From: Moniliella sp. 'wahieum' | Taxonomy: Eukaryota | Direction: 5' to 3' | NCBI GenBank assembly: GCA_003971905.1 | Contig: RSEE01000011.1 | Coordinates: 124,001-188,000, forward strand | DNA: 64,000 nucleotides | Part shown: positions 1 through 14,914 of the stretch, piece by piece | Numbering within the stretch: position 1 is the first letter of the stretch | Layout of the letters: each line of letters begins with the position of its first letter | Notes under the pieces: generated by a model | What the model saw: only the letters and a program-made list of their open reading frames with translations | Database searches by the model: none | Told to the model about the DNA's origin: nothing | Translations under genes and position numbers: made by a program

Positions 1-246
1 GTGTGTCTAACAAACACCTCCTTATCCCCTCTCTGTGCCTTGCGACAGTCGGGTGAACGGGAGTCTGAGGGAGCTGGTGCTGAATGCAGAAATCGAAATG
101 CGGCCGCCAGCCAAAGCGGAAAAGAGGGACCCAGAAGAAACCGACCGACGCACTTTATTGCCCATCACACCATGATTGGGCGCAGCAGCCCCGTTTTACG
201 GTTATCATGGCCGGTTTTGAGAGCGACGGGGTGTGTGTCCTCGAGG

Positions 247-307
247 TATGCTGGGAAAGAGAGCGAAGGGGGCATTATATGCTGAGAAAGAGAGCGAAGG
301 GGGTATT
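247..307. repeat. 31-bp tandem duplication (2 copies)
   Basis: TATGCTGGGAAAGAGAGCGAAGGGGGCATTA (247-277) is followed by TATGCTGAGAAAGAGAGCGAAGGGGGTATT (278-307). Confidence 0.85.
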
Positions 308-831
308 TTTTTCGTCCCGAGTGCAGTCATATACAGAGCCACAGTGGCACCGGTTCATTTTGGCGTCTTTACTAGCACACATGGCTCTTCGTTCCTGCTG
401 CTTATAGTATTGGACCACATCGGACGGCCTATCAGTCTCATCGTACCCACCCCCATTCACATATGCTACTTGGGACTACACCTCAATAACCACATTACAC
501 ACCGCTTGTTCAGTTCGCCTGTTCATTCTCCCCAATCGAGGAAGTGGTAGAAATACAGGGCCATCGCATCGCACCCAACAGCATCCATGCCCAAACGAGC
601 GGTGATGACACCAGCACAAAGGCTAAGCCGCTCGGGCGTCAGCCTAAGGGGTCGCGCGCGTCGCACCAAGCCAGAGGGGTGCGGGGGTATATGTGGCCGT
701 GACGACATATACCAGTGTGCGCGACAAGAGAACCACGCGGAGAACCGCAGGCGTGCGGGGATTATGCGAGCGCACAGGCGCCACCAGCCCCCGTGCAACG
801 ATGATGACCAGGGAGAGCCAAGAGACTATCA

Positions 832-3109
<2,278 letters not shown>

Positions 3110-3900
3110 GGTGGGCGAGGGAGATGGTGGGGGAGCAGCAGCGCGGCGGCCGCCGTGCTGGGCAGCGTCGGCCGCCCCGCCGGGTGGGGGCCCTGTCGCT
3201 TAGTTCAGCCTGTCGCACTGCCTGCGGTGCGCAGCCGTGGAAGAAAAAAGGAGGCACGCGGGCAGTGCTTCTGCGCGCTGCTGCCTGAAAAAACAGGCAG
3301 CATGCAGCCACGCAGCCGGCACGGCGCCACAGCCAGCCGCCCCTCGCTCCTCCAGCTTCTGCCCGCTTCGGTGCAACCGGCGGGCCCTTACCTCAGCCCC
3401 GAGGCCCGCCTCTGCCCTTGCCACTCGAACGACCCCGCGCAGCGGGACTGGTTACTACTGCGAGGCCACGTGATGCGATTGGCTTGTTTGGTGCGCTGCT
3501 TGCTGCCGACACACACGCAAGACCGTCCTCACCAGGGTATGCACTTCGACCACTTGGGTGGCCCATGTATTTGCCACCCACCGCAGGGTTATATCATCGC
3601 TTCATTCCTTCAAGGCGGCAACCCTTCATACCATCTGGCATACGGGCCAAACAACATCCCCGGTTCTATTGTCGTGAGCCATTTTGCCGCATTACATCCC
3701 TCGGCAGAAGAGCTATCAGTGTCCCTTCCTTCCTAGGCTTCACTTCTCAGTCAAGTAATCCTATCCGCCTTTCTAGCGTCCGAATGACGAAACTGGCTGA
3801 AGCAAAATCAAGGTCCGAAAAGTGTGCGCAGGTATGGGGCCGAAGTAGAGACTGGAGGCGAGATGTAGGAGGGAAGGGAAGGGAAGGATGCCATGGGTTA

Positions 3901-4883
3901 TTAGAAGATGTCGCCAATGATGCCAACTGTTGCTCCAACTGCCAAACCGCCAACCACGGCCTGGCCAACATTCGAGTTGGCCATCTTGCTAAACTTGGCT
4001 CTGCGCGCTTTCATCGTCGCGTCCGATTCCCTTTGTGTCCCAGAGCTGTGGGGGGGTAGTATCCTCCGGAGGTCCGTAGTTACCGTACCCGCCCGGACCA
4101 GGTGGGGCAGGGTAGGCAGTTGGTGCAGCATCGTACATTGGGGCGCCCGTATAGTAATCCGTCCGAGGCCCCAACGCCACTGGGGCGTTTGGCACCGCCG
4201 CCTCATAACTCGGGGGGGAGTCCTTTGCTCCTATGGCTGAGGAGCGGTGAGGGGGAAGAGCGGGGGGTGCCTTGACCAGCTCGACATAATTTGCTGGAAA
4301 GAGACGGTTGTTCGCCTCTGGCCCCTTCGCACCCACTCGGTGGCCCTTCCACCAATCCTCGGTCGTCCGCTCCACAACAACCAACAAATCGCCTTTACTA
4401 AAGCCCAACTCATCTTCTGCCGAGGCCGAATAATCCCACTTGGCTTTGGCTCGTTCCCCCTTTTCGTCCTGAGGTGGAGTGGGGGCAACCCGCTTTGTGG
4501 GAGCCGGGGGAGGGGCGCGCTTGGGCACGCCCTTCACCCCTGTGCCGCCTTGGCTGCGGGCGGTCCTGATGGCGGGGTCAGCCCACCCAGACGAGCGGTT
4601 AGACTGGCCACCGATGGGCGCCCGCCTTGATCGGTTGCAGGTGAGGAGTATCCAGAGGCAGGTGTGGGGGCTGAGACGTAAGAGGCCGTGCGCGATGGTG
4701 CGGCGCTGAGCCCGGGGCTGGGCCTGGGTGGGTGGATACCGCGCTGGCCGGTTGGGCGCCCTGGTGGCGGGCAACGGGTGCAGTGAGAGCGTCTAAAGCA
4801 TTTTGGTCGATGGCACCGCGCTGGTGCAATTCCTGGGCAGCCTGGAGAACGTTGGCAATGGTGTAGGCACTGGTCGCTTCCAT
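3901..4883 (-). CDS. SH3-domain protein, PIN3/LSB1-like
   Basis: SH3 domain (AKAKWDYSASAEDELGFSKGD...WWKG...LFPANYVELV), a PPSY motif, and C-terminus KMANSNVGQAVVGGLAVGATVGIIGDIF resembling the Pin3/Lsb1 tail. Start inferred at MEATSAY. Confidence 0.75.
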
Positions 4884-5149
4884 CGTGTGGTTTGTGCGCA
4901 GTGGTGGCGGGGCAGATCGTTGGCCGGGCGGCTTGGCGCAAGCGCTCGCTCAGCTGAGCACCCCAAGTTTGATACTTTGAAAGGGGATATGCACGTGATG
5001 AGAGCGAGATGGCGGAAGTGCACCTAGACAAGCGGCAGGACGAGTGCGGCGGAATGGCGCAGGGGGTTGCACCGCTGATTTTTTGGGCTGGGCTGGTCGG
5101 ATTCTGCTTTGGCCCAGCCCGCTGCTACCCAGCAACACCACCGTCCAGC

Positions 5150-7249
5150 ATGTCCAAGTCCATCTGGCGCGGGCCGAAGGCACAGCACTTTGAGCTCGTT
5201 CATCGTTCGCAGCGCGACCCGCTCGCCAACGACCCTGATTCTGACCAGCGCGTGCTCGCTCCGCGCCAGCGGGCCAACGAGGTCCGCCGCCAGAAGGGCT
5301 CGGGCCTGACCCGCAGCCAGCTCGAGCAGGCTGGCGCTGCGTCGGGCCAGCGGGCCAAGGGTGTGGGAGGCGGCGCGCTACGGCATCTACTATGACGATA
5401 CCGACTACGACTATATGCAGCATCTCAAGACCGTCGGCCAGGGCGGTGAGGCCACCGAGGATGACGCTCCTGCCGGGCCGACCTTCTTGCTTGAGGCGCC
5501 CACGAAAACGAAGGCGCCCAAACCGGCGCCACTGGCAACCGGTATCGCTTTCAAGGATGCCACCGCTCCACCGTCTGTCGGGGAGGCTTCTTCCGTTTCT
5601 CACGGGATCCAGCTTCCGCCCGAGGCCTTGCCATCGGCCCTCGAGCTGAACCAGCCCTACCGCCACGCCCCCGGGAAAAAGGAGGGAGAGGTGCATGGTT
5701 TGCAGCCTGGTCTGAATGCCCACTTGCGCCAACGCTCGAAGCGTTGGACGATGAGGAGTTTGTTGAGGACGATCTGGAAGATGACTTTTTTGAAGGCATT
5801 GTTCAGGAGGGTGTGCAGAATGGTCCTGAGCCCGACTGGATGGAGCAAGCGCCTGAGGGTGACGAACGTCTCTGGATGAGCACTGCCGATCTGATTCAGG
5901 CCAAGGCCGAGCAGGGAGGAGATTGACGAGGAGAACCTCTCTCTGACCGAACGGGTGGCCCTGTTCAAGGCTGGAGGCCTGCCGGGGATGCAACGGCCTA
6001 GCTACTCTGATGAGGAAGAGGAGGAAGAAGCGGCGGATGAGGTGGGGTCTCTACGCGGTCTTCCATCAGCAGCCAGGAGGGCGCCCCGAGCGGCATCTTC
6101 CACAGGCGGCTCCTCTTCTATCTTTGGCGACGAAAAAAAGAAAAAGAAGGCCGGTGTGAAAGCTCGGTATGCGGCATCGCAAGCGGGCAAGTCTGCGTTT
6201 AGTATGTCGAGCAGTGCGATGAGTCGCAACAAGGGTCTCTCCGAGGTCGACACCCGTTTCGATGCCGTGCTGCGTCAATATGGCCGTCTCAACACGGACG
6301 ACGATGACGTGGCTGCGTTTGGTGCCGGCGTCGATGACGAGGACGATCAAGAGATCGCGATGGAGGCGGAAGCTCGGGCGGAGGCCGAGGAGGCTGAAGA
6401 GGAAGAGGCGGCCGAGATGGAGATGACTGAGGCTCAAAAGCAAGCTTTGGACCGAGCCATGAACGACTTTATGGACCATTATGGACGTCTATGGTGGCAA
6501 GCTGGCTCCCAAGCTTGGCGACCGTGGAACGTCGGCGGCGGATAAGGTGGGACTGCTTCGCCAGAGCTTAGGAGAGGCTCGGATGCCGATGAAGCTACGT
6601 GGGCTGCCGAGCAGCAAGAGTATGAGCAGAACCCCGACGCTGGCATGCCCGAGGTTCGCATCATTGGTTCCAACCGTGAAAAGTGGGACGTGGAGACCAT
6701 TCTCTCCACTCGAACCAACCTAGAGAACCATCCGCGCACGATCAGCGCCGCCAGCGTCAGCATTGCCGCCTCAGTGCGTACGCCCCCACGACGTTGGGTA
6801 GCCAGCGCATCTCGGCCCGCGGTATGCTTGGGCCGGATGTGGAGCCTAAAGTGAAGGTGGATCTGCGGACAGGGATGTCCAAGGTGGTTGGTTTCCAGAA
6901 GCGCAGGGCGGGGCCCTCGAGCGCTTCGTCGGACCAGTCCGCTCTCCCCTCCGAAGTTGCTGAGGATCAAGAGCCTCAAGACGATGCAGCCGGCGAGAGT
7001 GGTACCGAGTCGGACGATACCATTGGCCCCTTTACCGTTGGCACCATCACAAGGCCCAAAGGGGAGAGTTGAGGACAAGAAGGCGCGGAAGCAAGCGGCC
7101 AGCACGACAAGCAGCTGCGTCGAACAAAAGGCCGCACCAAACAGGCGTTCAAATCCGAGGCCAAGCGCCAGGCGAGCATGCGGGGTGCTGCTGCTGCCAA
7201 GGCTGGCGACGTATCGTCGGCAGAGCGTGCCGGTGCGTTGCGTCTGTAG
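5150..7249 (+). CDS. LTV1: 40S ribosome biogenesis factor Ltv1
   Basis: MSKSIWRGPKAQHFELVHRSQRDPLANDP, EAARYGIYYDDTDYDYMQHLK, SAFSMSSSAM, KWDVETILSTRTNLENHPRTI and a basic C-terminus. Confidence 0.93.
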
Positions 7250-8109
7250 TGGCTTTTTGAGGAGGCCCATCTCTGTCCCTTGGGTGGGTCCTGCTACTTC
7301 TGTCCCCAGCATCGTGTCTGATTGCATTTCCATTTACCCCTCGAGCATGGCATGCCGAACAACATGCAACTCAGTAACAATCTTTCCGCTGTTTCGTTGT
7401 ATCCACGTGTAAGCCATATTCTATTCTCCTACTAATAGTAAGTAGATCTCTCATGACGCACGCCGCGTTTCAGATAAAGTGCTCAAGCTGTTGGTATGCG
7501 TATGTGTTGGTGGTGATACAGCATGTGTAGATGTAGCCTGTAACGGCACAAGGTAACGTACTGTGTTGGTCGATGAACGTGTCTGTCATATATACAACTA
7601 AGCCAAGTGAAAGGTGTTGGATCGGATACTGCAAATCTCCTGCGCATACACACTCGACCGTTTCCGCACTGACCACTGTGACCATCGGGCCACGCATCCG
7701 GCCGTTCTCGTCACTCCCACGGCCGAGGTCTCGCAGCGGGGCTTGTTTTCATGACTTTCTCCTCCCGGTTGATAGGCAGCCGGCGATAGCTCCATTCCAC
7801 CTGTGGTCCAAGCAATGCGCTGGTGGACCAAGCGTCCCGTGACGATGTGATGAATGGGGGGGGATGGATGAAGACAAGTGTTCTTTGTTTAGTAGGGGAT
7901 TCAAGACGATTAGAGAAGGGATGACCAAGATAAAGAAGAGCACAAGAGCAACGTGTTCCCTGGCAACAAGCAAAGCGAAAGACGGTGGTTCGGTCGGTGG
8001 ACCGACAACAGAAAAGGAAGGGAGCGATGGCGGAAACCGTCGAACGGTGACAGATATGCCAGACAGCGCCAAAAGCGGACCTTATCCTGCGCTTAGTGCT
8101 CAATGGGCA

Positions 8110-11100
8110 TTAGGGGCGCCGCGGCCGGGGTCCCGCAACTGCCGCCGGGGAGATGAGGGAGTGGGTTCCGAGAGCGTGAGGGTCAACTGATTCGACGTGG
8201 AGATGTGCGAAACAGGCGTCTGGTAGGCTTGGCCCTGAAGCAGGGCGGCGGGGTCGCAGTCCGGTCGAGTGCAGTTGCGCCACGGTGGGCGCTGGGGAGG
8301 CCATCACCCGCGCAGTGCACGGAGCCAATACGCATTGTCGCCGGACGGGTCTTCGTAGTAAAACTGCGTTTGGACGCTGTCGTGAGCACAAACGCTTTCG
8401 AACCGCGTGGCTCAAGGGAGAGCACCACGTCGGGCTCAGTAGGGGCAGAAGAGGTAGCGTCTTGCTCTTCTACCATCCGCAGGTTTGGACGGCCAGCGGA
8501 AGACGGGCCACCAGGCATCGACCAAGGCGAAGCACAAATCGACCTTGAGAGTACCTGGCCCAGGGGCGGTTGACACACACCAAGCGTACAAAGTCGGTCA
8601 GGACCAAGTCACGCCGTTTCGGCGAAAAGAGGTAGGCAGCACCCGACTTGCGCTGCAAAACAGGAGCTGCAAGAACAATGTTCTCCCCGGGACGGAGGCG
8701 CCAAGCATGGTCCACGGCCCCACTTGTTGTCGCAGATGCCTCGTCGGCAGCAGGGCTAGACTGAGCCAGGCCAGTTGCCTCATTCCGTCCCTCGGTGGAC
8801 GGAGTGGGGGGCGTGCTGGGCTGAGCAAGGGTGTGGCCAAGCAGGCTGGATCGACGGAAGAATAGGCGCGACGGAGAGGAAGGCTTGGCGGCGTCTTGTC
8901 CTTGTACCACGCTGGCCAGCCCATGAACAGGAACAGGGAAGAGCGCTCACCCGACGGGGCCGTACGGTGGCGTGGGGTCGCCCGAAGGGGGAGGGCACGG
9001 GTGTGTTGGCCCCTGCCGCATATGACGCAGCGGACGAAATGATGGTGTGCGTGGGGGGCACAGCGGGTTCGCGGGCATGCCCACCGGGTTCACGTGGAGC
9101 AGCAGCAGCAGACACGGGACCTGGTGGGACGATCGAAGCCTGCGAGGCAAATTCAGACGAGGGGCGAGGTGCAGTGGTCGAGGCAGTGGTGCTAGTAGGA
9201 AAAGGCGTGCGCGCATCCGAGGTGGGTGTCGCGTGGGAGTGGTCGCCTTGGGCGCGAGCAAGGCCTTGGAGAGCTGCCGTTTCGCTTTTTGACGAAGCTT
9301 GCTCGACTTGAGCCTGTCTCGCACCTTGGAGGGCGAGGGACGGTCCATCTGCTGAGCCGATCCAACCGAGACGGGGCGGGTAGCGTGAGTCCTCGGTGGC
9401 AGACTCGAGGCAGAAGACTCTACGGGCCGCAGGGCATACCAGTCGGGCCAGAAGCGGGCGGCCGAACGGGCATAGGCCCATTGCTCGTGTGACGCTGCAG
9501 GCTCGATTCGTACCCCGAAGGGGCAAGGCTGGAACGATCATCCAGCTCGTTGTCCGCATCATCCACCTCAGCGGCCTCAGCCACAGGAGCACCATATACT
9601 GCTTGTCCCTCCGCTAGTCAAGGAAGGTGACGCTTTTGATCCTGGGGGTCACCCCTCGTCCCGCCCATGGCCGCTGAGGGCCTGCCGAGACGATCGAGGG
9701 CGAGCGGACAGACGCAGAGTACCTCTCATCCTCTGTCGGTGCCATTTCGGATTCGGTGTCGAACATAGCAAAGACATCTTCCGTTTCCCCCTCTGGAGTT
9801 TTGGGACGCACAACGATTCCCGGTTTGAGCGGCGGGGCAGGTTTCGTCCACAAGTCGCGCCAACCTCGGGGAGGGAGGCGTTGATGCTGCCGTCGGTGCC
9901 CGTAAGGGTTGCATCGCCCTCGTGTGAACTGGTCCCTCAAAGTCGAGGAAAGGAGGGCAGATTCATCGCCCCTCACGTCAACTTGGTCTACTCCGTCAGG
10001 CGGAAGAAAGGGGGTGGACAAGGTCGGACCAACGAGCTTCGCCCAGGCGGTCTCGAGGTTCATGTTGAAGAAATGCCGAAACGAAGGAGCGGGCGGCGGG
10101 GGGAAGAGCAGCGGGGAACGTGACCGGGTCGTGAAGAATTTTTTGGAAGGTGACATACTCGCTAGGCCCCCGGAAAGGCGGCACGCCAGCCGAAGGTGTA
10201 TATGACGGCTCCAAACGCCCACCAGTCGCTCGCAGATGTGGTTTGTTTCGAGTCGAGAAGTTCAGGGGAGACGAATTCAGCGGTACCAACAAACGAGTTG
10301 GCTGTGTCTGCCCTAGGGGAGGGTTGCGCCTCCGACGTTGGCTCGTTAGATGTGTGACTGCCGACAGGGGTGGCCCTGCGCGTCCCGATCAGTACACTTG
10401 GCTGAACCAAAATCAGTGATGCGAATTCGCCACTGAGCATCAAGAAGAATGTTCTCCGGCTTCACATCGCGGTGTACAACACCTAAGTTGTGAATGGCAG
10501 CCAGTGTCTGAGCAATCTGGGCTGCCCAGTAGCGGGTCAATTCCAGCGAGATCGAGCCCAGGCGGGCACGTGAGATGCAAGTCCCCATGAGGCGCCAGTT
10601 CCAAGACAAAGTCTGGTTAAATCAAAGAGGGTCAGACACGGGGTTTTCAACCAAGGGGCAGCAGTAACGTACAGAGACTATGACGGTCCTGGAACGTCCA
10701 GTAAGGTAACGACACCCTTGAGCCGTACACACCGAGACAACGCCTCTTTCTCGATCCCGACGTAACGGCTTTTCTTTTCCCGCATGATGTGAACCTTATC
10801 CACACCTTGATCGCATACGCCGTCTTGCCTTGGGCTTCGCCCGTTGACGCACCAACGAGGCCGCCGGCACTCCGGCAATCGCTTCTGCTGCCGAAACGAC
10901 GATTGGGATTCGCATCCCCCATTGAACCAAGGTGGGAGGGGTCCCCTGCATCCAGCGGGTCGGCGTCTCCGTTGGCGGCCCGGAGAGTTCATCCCATGCC
11001 ATCAAGACGGAAGAGTAAGATCCCTCGCCCAAGATATCGCCAAAGCTAAAGTCGTCGGGCCACGCGGGGTGCGACGCGGGTGCGACGCGGGCAGAGAGTC

Positions 11101-13345
11101 GCCTGTGCGGGTGTCGGTGTTTGGCTGGGTTGAATGCGGTAGGGAGTGACTGGGCCTTCGGGGGTGAAGCCAAGGCAGATGGCAGAGCTTGGTTGGGAGG
11201 AGGAGCCAATTTGGGAGTCCAAGGAGTAGGTGTGTGTGGTGACAAGGCCGGTTGCCCGACAAGTAGGACGTCGAGACGGGTGTTGTGGCGCCGGGTGAGT
11301 TTGCCAGCTGACGGGTTGGGAACGGCATGGCCGCCGTGGGTGTACGAGGCGTGGCATTTTCCGTAGTTGACACGGAAAAGGTGCTGTAAGGTCCCATTGC
11401 GCGATCCGCCTTGATTAAGGAGGAACCTCGTTCTTCCCCCCGGGCGGCTAGAGCTGTATCGGGAGACAGACCGAAGGGGGTCCATTCCGCCTTGTTCTGC
11501 TGTGGCGACTGCCCACTGAGCACCGTGGCAGCCGAGTCAGCTGTCGTGGAGCGAGTAAAAGACGGACGAGGGGAAGGTTGAGGGCCAAAGGGTCGTCCAT
11601 GGCGACCGAAGCGGCGCAGCTGCAGCAACAGCAGCTGCTCTCTCACTAGCTCCATCGGCACCTTGACGAAGATGTGGTGGCGCCGGCCGAATAGGAGGTT
11701 CGGCAGCCAAGCGCACGTTACCTTGATCGGTGCTTGCAAGCGGAAGGAAACGGAGCCCTAGGCCGGCAAAGTCGTCCGCCGTCAGAACACCTCCGCTCGA
11801 CTCTTGGGAACGCCATTTTCATCAACTAGTTCTTCTTGTGAGGGGCAACTCCACCGCACCAGTACCCATACGCTCTAGCGCTGGAAGACGCAACTCGGGA
11901 GCTGCCTCACGGCCCGATTCGCCAGTTTCGTCGGGTTGAGGAGCCACAATCGATATTTTTGGATGCGAGTCGTCAGCATTGCTGGAGTACTCGGTATCCC
12001 CATCCGCACCCTGAAAGGACAAAGACGGGAGAAGTACGGATCCAGATTGAATAGGCGACGTTTCGGGATGCAGAGGAGGCCGCCGGTGAGGCGTGGCCTG
12101 CCCATCCAGTAGGATGTCTGATGATGGCGGTGGGTTCAATGCAGACCACTTGACAAACTCGGCGGGGGTCAGCGTTGGCGCCAGTACTCAGCTTGGGCGT
12201 GGTAGGGGCCTGCCCCTGCCGTCGCATCAAAGGCCAGGCTCGGAATCGTTCAACGTGTCCGGCAAATACGCCGCTGCTGCCGAAGTGGGGGCGGGACAGG
12301 CGATGGTCGGAGCGGCAGAGATGGGACGGGACGAGGGGGAACGAGCCGAGTAAGCGTGGGTGTTGTGCCTGTTTCTGGCATATTGGGCTCGGCGTTTGTG
12401 CCTGGGACGGAATGGTGATGGTCTGGGTGGAGCTGCGCTGTTGAGGACGGGAGAGGGCGGCACGTAGGGGGAAGGCGGTGTCGCCGATGCGGAAACAGGG
12501 GAGGAGGCCACCTGGGTTGCGGGGTTGGTGTCAAGCTGAGGTGATTGAATTCAGGGACGAGGGGCGAGCTCATGTCCCGGCTACGTCGGTTGGAAAGCAG
12601 CGCGGCCATCGGCGGGGGAGCCCAAGCCCGGAGCATTTCGAAATTGCCATCATGCGCAGTCTCTTTGGGGAGACGGCGCAAAGGCGCGGGGGAGTGTGCC
12701 ATCGTCATGGGTCCGATGGCCGGCGTCAATGAGTTGGACGGAGAGTGCGATGGAGATCCGCCCAGCAAAGGAACAGGACGAGCGGTTTGAACGGACGACA
12801 TGGACCCCACCGAGGCGCCGTACATGGAAGGTGTGTGGGGTGGCGTCGAATGCGAGGCGGCAGCACCCGCGCCCGTGCCCGGGATTGGGCGGGCGGGAGA
12901 GTGCTCCATGCGACGATCGGCGGTGGGGCGGGGGGGGGGAGGGAAAGCAGGCGTCCGTCGCGGCCATCGTCGCGCGGGGGCGGCGACTGGGACTGGCTGG
13001 GCAGGACGGATTCGAGTGTGTTTCCCGAGACGAGCACGGGCCGCTCTGCGCCGGCCGGCTGGGCGGCGGGGCCGGGACAAGGGCTGCTGCGGGGGGCGGG
13101 GCGGGCGGCGCGGCGTAGGCGGCGTAGGCGGCGCGGACGTTGCCGAGGGGCGCGAGGCGGAAGGGGGTGGCCTCGAGGGAGGAGGTGCTGGTGGCGGAGC
13201 TGACGCTGCCGACGGACGTGGCGCGTTCGAGGGACGAGAGGGGCGGGTGGGGGGGCGGGGCGGCGGCGGTGGAGCTGGTGGCGCTGAAGCGGAGGGGGTG
13301 CGGCGGGCGGCGCGGGATGCCTGCGGCGGTGCGCCGCTCGGCCAT
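8110..13345 (-). CDS. PKH: AGC kinase PDK1/Pkh/Ksg1 with C-terminal PH domain and long low-complexity N-terminus
   Basis: DDFSFGDILGEGSYSSV, YAIKV, VDKVHIMREKKSRYVGIEKEAL, VHRDVKPENILLD, ITDFGSAK, NSFVGTAEFVSPELL, SDWWAFG, SEYVTFQKI. PH-like segment PKRRDLVLTDFVRLVCV. Both ends approximate. Confidence 0.9.
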
Positions 13346-13677
13346 CGTCGGTGGGGGGGCGGCGGCGAGGAGGCTGGCCGAGCAGATGCGGCCGGCGAGC
13401 TGCGGGCCTACTCGGCTGAGTCTGGGGGCTGAGTCTGCCTGGGCCCAGCGCCCCCTGCAGGTCACCTGACCTGGGCGGAACGAAGAGCCGCTGGGCCTGT
13501 GCTGGCTGCAATTTGAAATGCACACAACACACGTGACCAGCAGCGCTGCCCCACGGCGACTGTACCCTGCCTGCACACTCGCCCGCTGCCACGCACACTC
13601 GCCCACTGCCTGGATATCGCATTCGCATTCCATGTCACATGTCACATGTCATCCCAAGCATCCTGCATCCCCCCGCG

Positions 13678-14914
13678 CTACGCCGCCCACACCTGCAGGC
13701 GCGCGTCCCAGGACCCCGTGCACAGCGCCTGCCCGTCGGGGCTGACCCCGAGGCACGACACCGGCTCTCGTGGCCCGACAGCACCCCCACCCGCTCCACC
13801 TGCAGCGTGTCCCACAGTTGCACCTGCGGCTCGTCGTGCGCCACGGCCAGCATGCGCCCCGAGTGCGTAAACGCCAGCGACGTGACCGGCTTGCGCAGCA
13901 CCGGGTTCGAGTACTCGGCCAGCTCCCGGTCCGCCCGTAGATCCAGCAGCTTGCTCGTCCCATCCTCCGAGCCCGTCGCAAACCCATTCCCATCGGGGAA
14001 AAAACTCACTGCGTTGATGTCCATCTCGTGCGCATGGAAGCTCTGCACCGATCCCTTGGCACTGTCCACGCGCGTATCCCACAGCTTGGCGTAGCCATCG
14101 CACGCCCCCGAGAGGAAGAGGGACCGGTTGGTCGGGTGGAGAGCAAGGCCCATCACGTCGGCGAATGTTCATAGTACGCGCTTTTGGTCGACCGGTTTCA
14201 ATGTCCCACAGCATGCAGCTCCGGTCGCCCGACGACGTCACCATTTCCCGGTCCGAAATGAAGCGGCAGTGCGACATGAAGGCCGAGTGGCCCACCAGCT
14301 CTCGGGCGGGCTGCGCGGCGTAGGACAGGGAACCGATCGTGTCCGATATGGGATCATCCAGACTCGGCAGGCGAAAGACGTAGCACACATTCTCCAGTCC
14401 GCCCGTGGCCACCAGACGTCCGGAGGGGGAGTAGGCACAGTCCATGACCCATTGGAAGCGGAGAGGTAGGACATGGACCTTGTTGCTGTATGCGTCCCAT
14501 ACCAACAGCTTTCCATCCTGCCCGACCGACACGAGTGCTGCGAGTCGGCAGCCCATTGGAGAGCGTATACTTTAGCAAGGTGGCCCTTGAGCGTGCGGCG
14601 TACGCGCAGCTGGGCGGTGCGAGGGAGAGGGGGAACGGTGCCTTGGCTGACGGCACGGAGTGTAGTATCGCGAGGGCTTCCCTCTGTTGGGCGACCTGTG
14701 CTTTGAGGCCATCGGCCGTGCGGCGAGCGTCGGCAATGCAACGCTGGAGGTGTTCGGCTTCCTCTATTTGCTGTGCTCGAGCAGCTGGGGTAAGGGGAAC
14801 AGTGCCGGCGCTACGCCCCTGAACATGGAGTGGCTGCTGCGCGGAGGAACGGGTGGAGGTGGAGGAGAAGGAGCCGTTGGTGCGGTGAGCCAGCGTGGCG
14901 AGAGGGTAGCTCAT
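13678..14914 (-). CDS. Heterotrimeric G-protein beta subunit (divergent)
   Basis: N-terminal coiled coil, [87 protein letters not shown]. Confidence 0.93.

Noticed and set aside
4990..5012. PAC-like GATGAG upstream of LTV1
   Set aside because: A single 6-bp match without a clear RRPE partner is expected by chance.
12250..13645. Multiple long overlapping ORFs on both strands, also at 20900-21780 and 32000-33100
   Set aside because: Very high GC depletes stop codons; they are shadows of the real genes or of GC-rich leaders.
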